64,000 bases of DNA from Octopus sinensis (GCF_006345805.1 NC_043015.1:11284001-11348000), one strand, 5' to 3'. Shown: positions 24,442 through 39,300, counted from the stretch's first letter. Notes: a model not told the origin generated them from the letters alone. A program made the numbers and translations.

Positions 24442-25356
24442 TATATATATATAATATATATATATATAATATATATATATATAAATTATTACATTATATA
24501 AAAGGGCTTAGTAAAATAAATTACTTTGCCGCATACTGAACTCATTAGAAATAGCAGCTAAAAAAACTTTTTTTTAAACTATTTCCAATACTTAAAGAGG
24601 TTTTCTTTAAGTATTGGAAATAGTTTTAAAAAAAGTGTGTATGTATGCGCTCGTGTGCACACGAGCGCGTATACATACATACGCACATGCGTACGTATGT
24701 ACATACACACATACATACACACATACATACATACATACATACATACATACATACATACATACATACATACACATACATACATACATACATACATACATAC
24801 GCACATACATACATACATACGCACAATAGTAAAACAATAGTTCTGTGATATAGAGATAAAAATCTGATAATAGATTTTAGGGTATAGTTTTGGGAGTAAG
24901 CATCATAAATCACTTTCTAGCTTCGGCCGTAGGAAGTTGAAATTTGATAGCTTTGTGATGAGTGGTCACTCTACATCCATCCATCGCTACAGGTTTATAG
25001 CTTTATGTTCTATAGAGTGTATGTGCGTGCATATACACACACATACATATATACATACATACATACATACATACATACATACATACATACATACATACAT
25101 ACATACACAGGCGTATGTGCGTACATGCATACGTACATACATACACACATGTATGCATACATACACACATACATACGTACATATATATGACGAACTAACT
25201 GTTACTTTCTTAGATGCAGCACGGACTTTGTCAGTGAACAGGTCGCGGATTTTAGCGACGAAAATATTTTGACAAATTAAACTTAAATGTTGAAGTGAAT
25301 CGAACGGCTTTTGTGTGTTTCTTAAATGGCTTATAAACACCTTCCACGCTGCAATT

Positions 25357-25417
<61 letters not shown>
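23755..25417. repeat. Microsatellite-rich zone: (AAG)/(AAC)n, several (TACA)n and (TA)n
   Basis: Arrays at about 23755-23850, 24085-24245, 24394-24483, 24700-24825, 25030-25180 and 25360-25417. Confidence 0.92.
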
Positions 25418-25418
<1 letters not shown>

Positions 25419-25599
25419 AGGAACTAGCACTTATATCGCCTTGAGCATTCTTCATAATGACATTGACAGAACGTATTATTCACATAAATCCCTGATGGTA
25501 GTATTCAAGTTAGCCCCCTGTGCCATGATAACAGTGTTTTACTGCTGAGCCCATATATGGGCCCAGTGTCACAGCTTGCCATGAGTCAAGTGAATGAAA

Positions 25600-25900
25600 A
25601 CATTGGAAGTGATCACAAATCGTGGATGTAATTGAATGAAGGTAATTTATAAAAGTAACGTCCAACGCCATTGTTGTTCTCAGAATGAAACTTTTCATGA
25701 CAGATTTAAAAAGCATCGGCAGGGCTGCAGATCTGTTACAGAAGACATTGAAAGCAGCAACATTATCATGGTTGCTTTCAATCCCTGAATCTCTTGAAGT
25801 GTATGTCGCAAAATATTTTCTGTCCAATAATGGGATTTTCTAAGAGCAGTCCAGTCACTAGATATTCCTGAACCCAGTAAATGAAACACAATGCCGGGTA
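25600..25900 (+). mobile_element. Old RTE-like LINE remnant
   Basis: Frame VCRKIFSVQ*WDFL resembles the RTE motif RCLRKILNIQWQDFV; otherwise heavily decayed. Confidence 0.3.
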
Positions 25901-26931
25901 ATTTACTTCAAAACAAAGGAAGACTAACAGAAAATCCTATAATATAAATTTAACCTTGAAGACAGCACAATGTATACCTCAGCATAACTATAGGGTACAT
26001 TAGGCCACACCTGACAGAACATGACCAAGCTTAAATGTCTTCCAAGGACTTCTTTTAATATCTATAATATATCTTAAATTGTATAAGATCATATACCATT
26101 CATTTCATAAGTCGAGAGGGTATGACTTTAGAGACATATGGTTGCTATTTCTTGGAGATGGAGCGAACGCATAAAGGCGCATTTGTTGCTGTTAGTTAAA
26201 CATAAGATAACGCAGAAGAATTTACAAAGAAAAAAATACTAAAGTAAAACACAAAAAGAGAAATAAATTACACCTCTTAAAATTTACTAGAACATCAAAT
26301 ATGTAATTTACTAGAAGACTATCCGAGAAATAACTCATCTATTCATTTTCTTAGTATTTGTTGGGTTTTTTTCGGATAACATCATAAATTCACGTTAGTT
26401 GATATAATTTTAATCTCTTATGTATTTTTAATCTTCCTACTTAGAAAGATACTATATCACTCGCGAAGTGAACAAGGAAAACCATTTAACGTTATTCAAG
26501 AATATAAAAAAGTTCGCGTATTATGTTTAGTATTTCCTTTTCTTTTTGATGCTGCTCTGTGTATTTTTATTAATTTTGTTTTCTGCAGTTTAAATTTTAA
26601 TCGTTATTTGATAGTTAGATAAGAAAGTAGGTTGTATTACAATATATTGCAATTTATTGCTCTTAGAAATTACAAATTGCCGAAGTTTGGTGACAGTTAT
26701 TGTTATAGCTTTTGCTTCATGGGTTCATCTATAAAGAAACATCATTGTATGCGCTTGTTTATATATGCGTGTTTATAAGTGAATATTTCTATCTACGTAC
26801 GCATGCGCTCTAGTGCGCACGCGTTTTTGTATGTGTGTCTATAATCAATTGCAAGTTTCTGTTTTCGTTATTTTTGTAGTTCCTATTATTTTTGTATGCT
26901 CATAGATCGGTCATTATTATTATTATTATTA

Positions 26932-26984
<53 letters not shown>

Positions 26985-28820
26985 GGTGTTATTTGTGACT
27001 TTATTGTCGCCGTTATTGTTGTTGTACTTCTTTTTCTACAATCCGCTTGATGTTTTGAATTAAAATCCTATTTGTATCAAATATTTGCCTCACTTGAGTG
27101 AGTATTTAGTGAAATTCACCGAGAAATATATGCATCAATTTATTTATTACGCCTTACAAAACATCAACGACCAACAACATTTACAAAAACATTACGAAGC
27201 AACACTCCCAAAAAATGAAATATCGACAACAATATAGTAATGACAGCAGAACGTATGAGCAAAAATATCGAGAACAATATGAGCAATAACAAAAGTCACA
27301 ACAAACACAATAACAACAGAAATGCTGTCAGTATTAATAATGTTAGAATAAAATTTTAAAATATGTACATTGTTAACACCGGGTGACTGTTCAAGGTGAA
27401 TGCTGCTTTATATTCTGAAAATGCTTAAGAAATATATTTCCTAGAGGAAGAACAATGTTTAAACATAACCATCATTAATACTATGCTTTTACGCCCCATC
27501 TTCTATCAACCTCGTGTCTAAAATCATTACCACAAATAAACTTCATATCGATCACATTCATCACCAACATTATCATTGTTGTCATCGACATCAAATTTAT
27601 TTCTGAGTAAGTTTCATATTGTCATAAAGATTGATTGAAAGGCGAAATGGAAATATTTTTTATCAGATATTTTTGTGTGCAATACATGGATAGGACAAGC
27701 GAGGGATCTGCTGATTGGAACAATCCTTGTTATCGTCATTATGATCACAAGGATGAGGATTATGTTTAGCCATCGCCTCCACGACCAATACCACCACAAA
27801 AAAGGTTAGATCATAGGTGTGCATGTTCAAGAATGCTCTGAATGTAAATCATATCAATATCCTTGATATAATCTCCGTGAGGGTGGCAAACATCATCATC
27901 AAAATCATCTTCAAAACGACGACCACGACTAGTATCATTTTTATTATCGTTACCGTCGTTGGCATCAATATCATCAGCATCAGCATCATCACCATCATCA
28001 TGAATAAAATATTAATAGCTTTTATCAGAATGGTCAGCAATAGAAAAACATTCATCAATTGTATGATCGATCAATACTTACAAGTGGAAGAACAATAAAA
28101 TAACACCGACTACACCTTCTCATCCTTATCATTATTATCAACAACATCAACTGCAGAAAACAACACCAATACATAAATCAATCACCCAAGTTCTTACCAG
28201 TATCTACGACAACATTACTCATTAGGCCTGTCCATTTTTGGAGAGCAAAGGGTGACTAGAAGGACTATGCCTGCAGCATTTTGCTAATAGAATAATTAAG
28301 TTCAGGTTATCTTTGAGCAAGTAGGCCCATGATATTAAATGCTCCAGTTATAAATCTTACATTGTCTTCTCGTCAAGCATATTATACCTAGAACTACAAT
28401 AACCAACGTGTCATTCTTGTTTATCAGGGAGTAGTTTGAGATTTGAGAACGGTAAGCGTGATGTTATTTCAAACAAATCAAGCGACTGCTTCGCGGTAAC
28501 GATGATGGTTGAAAGCGATCGTGATTGTTTGTAAAAAGAGATAATCATTTAATAAAAGTAATGTTTGAAATTATTAAAGACGCCAGACAATTATTAACAC
28601 TCGAATTTTCTTCTCCATACCAAAGATTTGACCGGAAAAAATATTCATATCCTGCAGTAGTCCTATTTGACATATCTGCCCGGAAATGCGTCAGATGTGT
28701 TAATTTTGACACCCAGTGATATTTGGAACTGATTATAATGTAATCATCAATGCTTGTGAGGAAAGTCAATAACAGCAGCAACATCTGTAACGAAACTAAA
28801 ATATCGACCATTATATTCTA

Positions 28821-29385
28821 TTGGGTTGTCCGGAAGGTTCGTGTCGATTTTTAAAAGAAAGAAAAAGATCAATAAATACTTGCCATTATATTTTTAATCA
28901 ACCAAATATGAAACATTTTGTTGCACAATGCATCTCCACCTTTCCTTTAACTTGAAAATACCCTCTTCCCAGAACGGAGGTGGTTTCGTGGCAAAGAATT
29001 CATCAAGGTACCATATTACGTCATCCAAGGAATTGAAATGTTTTACAATTAAGACTATTCTGCAGAGACCTGAATAAGTGAAAACCCGAAGGAGCAATAT
29101 CTGGTGAATATGGAGGGTGAGGTTACACATCCCAGCCGAGCTGCAACAACTTTTGTCTGGTTCCCAAAGCATCAAGTGCCGAAAATGAACTTTCTTATCT
29201 TCTATTTTAAAGGGTTACAGAATTAACACAGGTTATAGGAACAAAACCTTCATCCGCGAAAAGATAGCCTAAACTTTGGTCTAAATGAAGGTGTAGTCAG
29301 ATCCTATTTTATGGACTCAACCATGTTTTAAATAAGTCGAAAGGTAAGCTACTAAAAATCGTCACGAACTTTCTGGACAACTTAA
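28821..29385 (-). mobile_element. Internally deleted mariner (565 bp, both TIRs)
   Basis: TIRs ttgggttgtccggaaggttcgtgtcgattttta and taaaaatcgtcacgaactttctggacaacttaa, with TA on both sides. N-terminal EDKKVHFRHLMLWE is fused to C-terminal QLGWDV*PHPPYSPDIAPS..EFFATKPPPFWEEGIFKLKERW. Confidence 0.93.
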
Positions 29386-30174
29386 TACATTTGCTTTGCA
29401 AAGATCAAGGTATTTGTTTTTATTTTCGTAAACCTAGCACATTCAGGGTGCTTCACAGCAATATTAGATTTACTTCCATACTTAGTGGTAGCACTTAATT
29501 TTCTTACCACTGGAATGTTGACAAAAAATGTTAGCCCCTGTGGTATTTATATACGTGCCTAGTTATTTTAAAACGTCGAGTAGAAGCAAGTTCAACGCTC
29601 CTTCATAACTGATCTTTAAATATGATCTACTGAAAGACAAGTCAACAATTGGAAATCTTTATTATTTTATCTTGCTTTAGCTTCTCTTTACTTTATTATT
29701 ATACTTTATTTCCATATTGCAGTGTCTATACTGTCTTTTTTAACATTGTATGTATGTAAAGATTTTCCAAGATGAAAATCCTCCGCTTCTGGCTTTTCAA
29801 CTCACATACATTATGTGATATTGATAATGATTATATGTATGCACATATAATTAGAGGGTTGCTCCGGAATTTAGATTAGGATGTATTTGGGGTACTTAAA
29901 TTTATACATGACTTCACATTTGCTTTTCTGTGGATATGTCAAAGTATCTTCTTTTTTGTGTTACTCACTGATGAAGGAAAATTCCTTTTCGGATGAATAC
30001 AGAAATCGGAACCAATTCGGGGATAGCTCTATTTTCATGAACTTTTGTTAGCTTGCTTTCCTCGTTTAGTCACGTCGTGTAATAATACAAATGCACATAT
30101 TTTATCTGGTTAGACAATTTAGCATATTGGCAAAGAATTTATTTTTCTTTATGCCCTTATTTATAATTGTATTT

Positions 30175-30176
<2 letters not shown>

Positions 30177-30249
<73 letters not shown>

Positions 30250-30340
30250 ATATATATATATATATTATAGATTATATATATACATATGCATATATATATA
30301 TATGAAGAGCAGTGTGTGATGAGAGAGAGAGAGAGAGCAT
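30177..30340. repeat. (AC)n/(TA)n/(GA)n compound microsatellite
   Basis: Visible arrays. Confidence 0.95.
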
Positions 30341-31899
30341 TAAAACATTCCCACAGAGCAGGAAAGAAACCGAACCGAACCCGTATCTCCATAGTTCCGA
30401 AACAATTTCCGTACCATGTGAACATACAATGCTACGATAATCATACATTTACATGGAAGCGTATTAATGAATGGATCGAATTACAAATATGTTACTGCTA
30501 CTGATATTGAAAGCTCAGAAACGAGAAAGTGGGAACCCAAAAGCAGGAGAGTTGAGATAAAGTATAGAGGGACGGAACTAAATACAATAAACTATGAAAC
30601 CATCATGCTATCGCGTATTCGAACATAGGAATTTGAACATAAGAACAAAAGCCTTTTTTAAATGATTTAGCCTATGGAGGAATTATAATCTTCATGGCCC
30701 TCTTCAAGTTCTCGAAATTACCTTCAAGCCAAATATCTCCTGAAAACTTGCAATGAAATAGGCTGCTATATATTATCATGATCCTAGAATGATGAAAGGT
30801 AATGCTTAAGAAAGCGAGATTCATGCCTGCATTCTTAATAAAAGAAAAAAGTGATAAAGTTGTCCACTGGATTTCTTGCATATTTACGAAAACTTCTGAC
30901 ATGTTGAGATAAAAATTTATGAGTTTACACACGCGTTAGATCCATAAGGCCCTGCTTAAGCACTATATTTCGATTGAATCGTCTATGCACTTCATAACAA
31001 CTGTTTCACCAAAATCGATACGGGTAATAAGATGTAGCTGTTTTAAGGGATTTTATATTTTCGTTTCAAAAATCGATGGGCTGGGTTTTTTCTAAGAAAC
31101 CATTGTCGCTGTCCCTGATATTGTAATTGTTGTTGTTGTTGTTGTTGCTGATGTTATATTCATTGTGTACTCCATTTCAATATATCAAAAGCAAAAAAAT
31201 CAATATCTTTTGAAAGCCATGTTTGGTTAATATAATTAATATAATCATATATTTAATTAATTATACTTTTATCATTAATTAATAATTCAACTAAACTCTA
31301 ACATCAACAAGAAAGTAACTTCTGTATGCCAGGCAAAAGAAGAAAGCAAACCAAAATATGAAAACGGAAGCCAAAGTGCTGCCTGACGTAAATTGTAGAA
31401 ATTTCGAATCAAAAACAAAAACAATAAATAAATAACATGAAATATCGGTTTGGTTTGATTTGGTTTGATTTGCTAACATTTTCGAAAAGAAAATATGGAC
31501 ATGTCAGGCTTGTGTAATTTCATGCTTATTCATATAATAATTAAAAGAGAGAATAATAATTATGATGATAATACTAATTAAGCTGATAATAATAATGAAA
31601 ATATTAATAATAATAATAATATTAATAATTATAATGATAATAACAACAACAGCTAGAATGAAAACGATAATGTAATTAATATAATAAATATTAGTAATAT
31701 TATTTATCATTTGCGGTTCTTACGGTTGCTAATGTCATTTTCAAGTGACAAATTAAAATCGAAATAACCGTGTTCTAGAGGAGGAAAATACAGACATAAT
31801 AGAAAACCGACATCGCAAAATAAAATATAACAATTTATAAGATGAAATACAGCTTTATTACCAACTATAATTAAATTACTTTTAATTCAGGCGTGTGTG

Positions 31900-32102
31900 A
31901 AGGCGGAATCGTTAGCACGCCGGGCAAAATGCTGGGCGGAATTTCGTCCATGTTTACGATCTGTATTGAAATTCCACCGAGGTCGATTTGCTATCATCCT
32001 TTTATGGTCGATAAAATATGTACCAGTTGAGCACTAGTGCCGATGTGATCGACTTACCTTCTTCGCGAAAGTATTGGCCTTTTGCCTAAATTCTAATCCA
32101 AT
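31900..32102 (+). mobile_element. SINE family 1
   Basis: aaggcggaatcgttagcacgccgggcaaaatgc..gaggtcgattt..gtcgataaaat..gtaccagttgagcact. Confidence 0.85.
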
Positions 32103-32499
32103 CTAATCGTGCATGATTTTCTGTGTTTGTATATAGATATATAAATGTGGGTGTGGGTGAAAATACGCAATTTTTTATCATGAGAGTTAATATACATTTT
32201 AAAAAACATAACAGAAATTTAGGTGGCTTCATTTTCATGCATCGAATGGGAATATTGATTGAAAGACACCGGGCAAGAGATGAAGGCATGGATGGATGGA
32301 TAAAAATTATATTTCCCGAATAATATATGTATATATATATTTGTGGTGGAGAGCGGTCAGCCATTTGTACTTATATATGTGATATAATAAAGTTCTGTAT
32401 TTAAGAGATGAGGAATAATGTACATTATTTAAATTTGGTGGATCTTGTCTGTCATCTCGTTTGTTGTTAACACAACGTTTCGGCTGATACACCTTCAAC

Positions 32500-32625
32500 A
32501 TATGGCGTAGTGGTTAAGAGCGAGGGCTACTAACCCCAAGATTCCGAGTTCCATTCCAGGCAGTGATCTGAATAATAATAATAACCACAATATGGAAAAA
32601 TATCTTAGGAATGTGAACCCATATT
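32500..32625 (+). mobile_element. Short tRNA-derived SINE (family 4) or tRNA pseudogene
   Basis: A box tggcgtagtggtt and a degenerate B box gagttccattcc; no complete cloverleaf acceptor stem; aat-rich body. Confidence 0.55.
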
Positions 32626-32939
32626 CAAAACTTCTCCAAAACACTTGGAGGCTGGAGTGTATATACAGAGACAGGCAGACAGAAATAGACTCATGCAGAG
32701 AGAGAAGCGGAGAGAGGGAAAGAGATGCGGAGAATTAAAGCGGCGAGCTGACAAAATCTTTAGTGGCCTTCGAATATACACCACATTCTCTCCCAGAAAC
32801 GTATGATAGTCACACTTTACATTTTCTACTATCACTAGAAAAGCCTCTACGACTTTGATCTGGCTGGTTTTGTGTCACGTCACTTCCGTTCAGTTTCACC
32901 CAACTCACTTCTTTCTTCACCATATAATATCAATCTCAA

Positions 32940-33130
32940 TATCATCACTTCCGATGTTGGCCAGGCCTTGTCATCAAAATTTAAGTTTGCTTGAATTACA
33001 TGCTTAACGATATTTTTGCATCCTCCAACTGAAAATTATCCCAGCAGTAACTCAGCTGCGACAATGTTGTTAACCTCAGAGAGCCTGCTGTTTCTATGGC
33101 CACATACACTTTCTCCTGTACTACCTCCAA
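32940..33130 (-). mobile_element. RTE-like LINE 3' remnant
   Basis: GHRNSRL..ELLLG*FSVGGCKNIVKHVIQANLK resembles the RTE motif GEL..G.RS.GGQKKR.KD..KANLK. Confidence 0.4.
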
Positions 33131-34334
33131 TTCTCTTACTTTGTGTTACTAGTCAAGGTACTTCAAATAAATAAATTTGATTAATTAAACCTCTTTGTGT
33201 GACAATATATGTAACATTCTAATGTATTACTTATAGCTTGCTTCGAGAATTATACAAATACGTAATGAATGCCATAAGATTGTCATTCCTGCTTCTTACA
33301 TGTTACCCATCCCGAATTTTAGCAAATATTTATTTTGAATTAACAAGATAGTTTCAAAGCTAACATTCTTCAGATAGGTACGCAATAATTTATTCCCAAA
33401 TCACACCGTATTGTCCTAAACAGAAAGGAAAAGACGTACTGTATAATGCTGTTGAAATACAATACGTCTAGAAATTATGTTGTATGGTCATGGATAGATT
33501 ATATTTTATTATTTCTCCATTCCATTGAGACTCACTCGCAGAAAACAATAACAAAGAAACAAATATTAATTTCTAAATTTAGTACAATGTGACAAATTGA
33601 TAATAAAATATAATCGATTAAATGAAATCGAGTACATTAATGTTTGTAATTTTATCGATCACGTATACAGAAAAGTATCAATTAACTATCTCCAGGAATT
33701 TTTGACAAGACAAACGTTAATGACCAGAATTTTCTTTTACAAAGAAATCACTTTCTATGTAAATTTGATTTAATATTCTCATGCTATTTCAGGTAATATT
33801 TAGTTTCTGACAACGTATTTCGATTAAGTACAAACAAACATATTTGAGAATTATATATTAACATATTTTTTGTTGCCGTTTTTTAATTAAAATGGATTTA
33901 AAATTAAATATATACATTGATCTGTTTTAAAATTACTGAAAAAACAGAAAGCTTTGGAGATATCAATGTATAAAAGATGAGTTTCCTCTTTGCTTTTTAT
34001 GCTAAATATAGAAGATTAAGCAATAAATATGAATATGCAATATTAACGAAAACTGACATACACGGATACGTATGGATATGACATACACACTCACATACAA
34101 CGCTGAAGACTAGGATACAACGATGAAGCTTAGCAATTTCCAGTTACGAAAAGCGAGTATGGGCAAATAGAGGTATTTCCCTGCAGACAAAAGTCAGTGT
34201 CTATAAAGTGTGTACTATCTGCACTTCTTTATTCAAGAAAAACATGGACCACTTACAAGCGTCATATAAAGATGCTGGAGAGATTTCATCAAAAGTGACT
34301 CAAACGTACTTAGACGTACAAATCAGAGCACTTG

Positions 34335-34700
34335 ATTTAGGATTCTGTTTTGAATCTGAGACCATGTGGAAAGATGAATTGAGTAATAACATCGCCCACA
34401 CTAGTAATCATTCCACACACCATGATGTTGACTGGATGTTTGATTTTTATCACTCTCGGTACATGTCCTGAGATTGCACTGTCCTCAGACTGACACCCAA
34501 ACATTCTGATATGTGCTTAGCACATTCCGCCGTGAATGCTAAGCAGTACACATTTCTGGCAGAGTGAGTTGTAGCCTCTGCTGTTTTACTCACAAATGAT
34601 GCCCAACTGACCCTACAATAGTCGACAAAATCAAAATCAAACAATACGCATGCGTGAAGTTAAAACCATAGAATGACGACAATTCAACTATTGCACCCTG
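34335..34700 (-). mobile_element. Tc1/mariner (maT/DD37D-like) fragment with one terminus
   Basis: Terminus cagggtgcaatagttgaattgtcgtc next to TA. ISECLGVSLRTVQ is joined by a deletion to VPRVIKIKHPVNIMVCGMITSVGDVITQFIFPHGLR. Subfamily call is inference. Confidence 0.65.
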
Positions 34701-34875
<175 letters not shown>

Positions 34876-36219
34876 TTTTGTATGTGAGTCTGAGTGTGTA
34901 AGTGTGTTGTGTGTGTATAACGCAATTTCAAAACATGCCTTTTCAAACCGTATTATGCGAACTGTAATTATTGCGAAACATGTTATACGAACCAATACCG
35001 AAAGTTCCGACGCGCAGAGTTGTAAGACAGTTTTCAGCGTACTTACAGCTATACTCCAAGTACGACTGTATTTAACATTTAGTAACATAGAAGTGATTGC
35101 TGCTTATGAAATTTGGGTGATAATTTGTGATGAAATAACTGGGAAAATTTAGCATGATTATATAACTTATTCTAATATTCATCATAACTTATGAATTTGT
35201 CAATATAACGTTTCTGTATTTAAACAAAAACGATCTCTCCCCTTTCATAATAGAGAGTATTAGGGCAAACCGAGAAAAAGTGATATTTCAATATTACTGT
35301 TGAGCTATTATTGAATATCTATAGAAATCTAGTCTTTTAAAACGGCTGAATGTTCGATGTAAAGATGTAAACAAATTCATATTATTATTAAGATGAAAAA
35401 TCATTTTTTTAAGGATGTCTACAAGATGTGTATTATACTGAAGATTAAATTTAAATAAAATTAACTCGATAAGCTGAATTCTTAATGAAAATTTATTGCA
35501 GACTGTATAGATATTTTCTATTTCATAAGAACTAAACAATAAAGAACTCTATATGAAATTTAAACTATAAGACCTTAGCTAAGTCTTTTAAAGAAAAGAA
35601 TTAATAATTTTTGTTCATAAATAATCTTACTATGGAAAGATTAAGTTTCAATTACTTTCGATTTTATTTCATTTAAAAAGTGTGTTCGCTTAGCAGTATC
35701 TTTAAACTGACGCATAAAATATATTGCGATATTTGTTTCAGTTTATTAGGCTCTTAGTTCAAATCTAGCTTAGAGAAAATCTGTACTCCATCCCTCACGG
35801 ATCAGTAACACATAGTACCAGATGAGTACTGGTGTCGGTAAAATTAAGGAACTTCCTTCTCTAGATTACTGTTCTCCTGCTTATATAAGAAACACTTTCC
35901 TTTAGAAAATTGCTATTGCATTACTTTCAGTTTCATTTAGCGAAAATGAAACAAAATATTTTGATTTATACATTCTGTGGTTCTTAACGTTATGACTAAT
36001 ATTAAGTGATATACTTCGAATAACTAGGAAAAAATAAATGAATAATGATTCAGAGTAATGATTGGCCCAAATATATAACACAGTTCTGCAAAATGATATG
36101 ATTGATGAAAATCGATTACGTATTTAGACATGGATAAAAAAAAATTGATATGATTTAGAAGTACAAAGTTGAGAGAACAAACTGTGCTTTGTTTCACGGG
36201 AATATGTAGTTATTTATTT

Positions 36220-36350
36220 AAGGCGGTAAACTTTGTCTTCCACCCTTTCCGGGTCGATAAGATAAATACCAGTTGAATACTGGGGTTGATGTTATCGACT
36301 TACCTCCGTCTCTGAAATTGCTGGCCTCGTATCAAAATTGGAAATTAATA
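36220..36350 (+). mobile_element. SINE family 1, internally deleted
   Basis: aaggcgg..ctttccgggtcgataagataaataccagttgaatactggggttgat. Confidence 0.75.
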
Positions 36351-37135
36351 TTAAGTTATCTGTTGGTAGTTTTACAAACCAGCTATTGATGAAAAGCGAT
36401 ACATTCACTAAACTATTCCGATTTCTAAAATATGCCTGAAGCGATGTTATTTTCTGTTGAGTATTTTATCAGTTAAATCTATGAATCTGAGGCCAGGTTT
36501 CTATAGACCGTGACACAGTAAACGAGTTTTTTGCCTTATAATTTTCTTCGAGAAAACAAGTCATTTTGCTGATAAAATTACAATTAGAATATATTTTCTT
36601 GTGGCATTGGGTTAGAATTTCAGATAATTAGTATTAGCCAGCGTGCTTGCAAAATTGTGATTAAGAGATTTTAATATTCCTAGTTACGTTGGCATTGTGC
36701 CAAATTTTCAAATCGATACTTCTGGTCAATGTGTTCGTTTTTTTTTAGATGTAGCTGTATGATAGGGAGTTTGCTGCCCAACCATATGGTTCCCGCTTCA
36801 GTCTCCTCTGCGGCATCTTAGGTGTATTCTAATATAGCATGAGATCAGGTAGACTGAGGGGCAAGTAAAAGAAAGTTGCTGTGTACTATATATATATGTA
36901 TGTATATATAAAAACACACATAATATATACTTATATATATGTGCGCATGAGTGTATGCGTATGCATGCTTGTGTTCTTGTATATATGCTTATCTGCCCCC
37001 TTCCCTTGGCAACCAGTTTGGTGTATTTGCGTCACGGCAACTTAGTGATTTTTGAAAAGACCTATAGATTAAACAACATGGCTTTTAAAAGATAGGCACG
37101 TGGTCGATCCGGTGCCACAGTATAGTCTAACAAAG

Positions 37136-37364
37136 AAGGCGAGCTGGCAGACGCGTTAGCACGCCGGATGAAATGCGTAGCCGTATTTCGTCTGCCGTTA
37201 CGTTCTGAGTTCAAATTCCGCCGAGGTCGACTTTGCCTTTCATCTTTTTGGGGTCGATAAATTAAGTACCAGTCACGCACTGGCGTCGATGGAATCGACT
37301 TAATCAGTTTGTCTGTCCTTTTTGTCTCCTCTGTGTTTAGCCCCTTGTGGGTAGTAAAGATATA
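37136..37364 (+). mobile_element. SINE family 1, full length with TSD
   Basis: Complete head, body and tail; flanks agtatagtctaac (37119-37131) and agtatactctaac (37365-37377) match 12/13. Confidence 0.92.
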
Positions 37365-37559
37365 AGTATACTCTAACGACTGAAACAGGTAAACGATAAA
37401 ATAAAAGACAAAAAAGTTTTGCAAATTCTTGATACCTCTACAACGTAGTCCAGGTTTCGATCCCTCAGAAAAGAATGCTCTTTAATAATAGCCTGTAAAA
37501 TACCAGTTGAGAAATATTGATTTTGAAAGATTGCGAAACACGTTTAGAGAGACCTCGTG

Positions 37560-37900
37560 TTCCAGTTTCTATTTCTTACTCTCAGCTACAGAGGAGAATG
37601 GTAGTTGTAGCTTAGGCGTCATGTGCCATATTTAGGACAAATTGCAGATGGAGATTGTCTTCATTAATGTGCATGTAGTTTTCAGTTAGAAACATACTGA
37701 GCTTGGATTTATCTTATTCAAGGTACAACAAGTCGTCTGATTCACGCAATAGATTAGCTTTTCGAGCAAGATCGGCAGTATAGCCGAGGTCAGCCAAATA
37801 ATGACATTGCTCAAATCTTCATCGCTTTCGAATGATAATTGTTTTGCTTCAGTTTGATTAAGGCCTTCGCCTAAATTTGCCTAAAGATTGTGGTGATTCA
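37560..37900 (-). mobile_element. RTE-like reverse transcriptase remnant
   Basis: HYLADLGYTADLARKANLLRESDDLLYLE*DKSKLSMFL..YMHIN resembles DL.YADDLALL..Q.LL..LE...GL..N. Confidence 0.5.
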
Positions 37901-38649
37901 TTGTATATTTCAGTGAAGTACTCATTATGACCTGACTTTTCTTTCTGCGTCTATTTTTTTTTTTACTTCTTATGCAGTACAAATTGAGCTCGGAGCATTG
38001 TGAACTCACACCACCAACATATATATATATATCCCCTACACAACCATCGTTCCTTCTCTCAGTGCCCAGCCCTGAAACCACATAATTACCCAAACCATTC
38101 CTTTCTGTTGTTCTCCACTTATTCAAATAGTTTTCATGGAATCGAATATTTATTATCATTCAACATCTGCGCTCCTGCTACGGACGGTTAATTGTGCTCA
38201 TTAAATGGAACTCTCAGAGCGGATACTGTGAGCCCCGCGGAGTAATGTTTTGCGTCAAATAATAGATTTCTATTATTTTACAAGCCTGGATTGTATTAGG
38301 TGCAAATGCTGAGTTTTCATCAGTGACATTTAAATTTGTTTTGGAAAGTGTGATAATGTTGTTTCCCTGAAATAGTTAAGTTTCCATCACAGTTACAAAG
38401 AGAAAAGAAACCAGCTTGTGTCCCTCAAAGATAACTGCTGTTGCCAGAATTTCTTATTGAAACCATTTGTGCTAGGTACAATGCTGGGTTTTTATATATA
38501 ATGGCTATGGGTTTGGCATATAATTCAACAGAATATGTAAGAGAGCCATTCGCCTAACACTATCAGATGCTATGGAGTACAAAGAGAGGGGTTTAAAATT
38601 CCTTCTGGTTACGCATAATACGTTATTCATAAACACTCGGAATTTTTCA

Positions 38650-39300
38650 TGAAATACATACATGATTTAAGAAGATAATTACATATTCATCCCAGAAATA
38701 TACGCCCTTTACACCGAAAGTTGGAGGGGTATTTCTGGCAACTGCTAATGTGCTGAAGTCGTGACCACACCAGATGTTAGAGTTTGGAACATTCTACACT
38801 CTAACAATGATCAATAAAGTGCATTGGTGTTATTGGTGGACACGCAGAAAATACAAATGAGGATCAGTAAAGTTAGAGTGGATCAAAATTTGGTAGCATG
38901 GTGAGACGCAACGCATCTCCTTTACGGTCGCAAATGAAAATGTATTAAAATTGTTTAAGGTATCTTTTATTCTTTTCCCTGCAACCATGTCTACTGAGAG
39001 TTTCGTAGTAATGGTCGGATACCTGGTAAAACCTGTTCTTCTGGAAATAAATCACATAACCTACAGGAAATATTTTTTATTAAACGCTTAATCGGCCTTT
39101 TTGCTTTTGGGAATAATTTGTTTATGTTTTAAGGTTTCGCTTTGATATTTTCCAAGGTGCACTGCGAGTTGAGTAGGAGAGACAAGTTAATAATTTTTTT
39201 AATAAGCTTCAGCTATGAGTTGAGCAAATTTTTGACGCGTTCTGAAGCAATTAATTTCTAGATTTGTTGGAAGGGCCTGTGTCCAAAGCATTTTCAGGCA
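38650..39300 (-). mobile_element. Highly decayed LINE RT-like remnant
   Basis: Weak motifs RLCDLFPEEQ-GF, F.TLTSGV and YFWDEYVIIF in the expected order. Confidence 0.25.

Noticed and set aside
29965-30030. ctgatgaaggaaaattcct as a hammerhead core
   Set aside because: Stem II forms but is not followed by GAAA.
30467-30628. 53-aa ORF MNGSNYKYVTATDIESSETRKWEPK..
   Set aside because: Its length is within chance expectation, and there is no homology or splice support.
32500-32575. Functional tRNA gene
   Set aside because: The B box is degenerate and there is no acceptor stem or terminator; it fits a SINE head.
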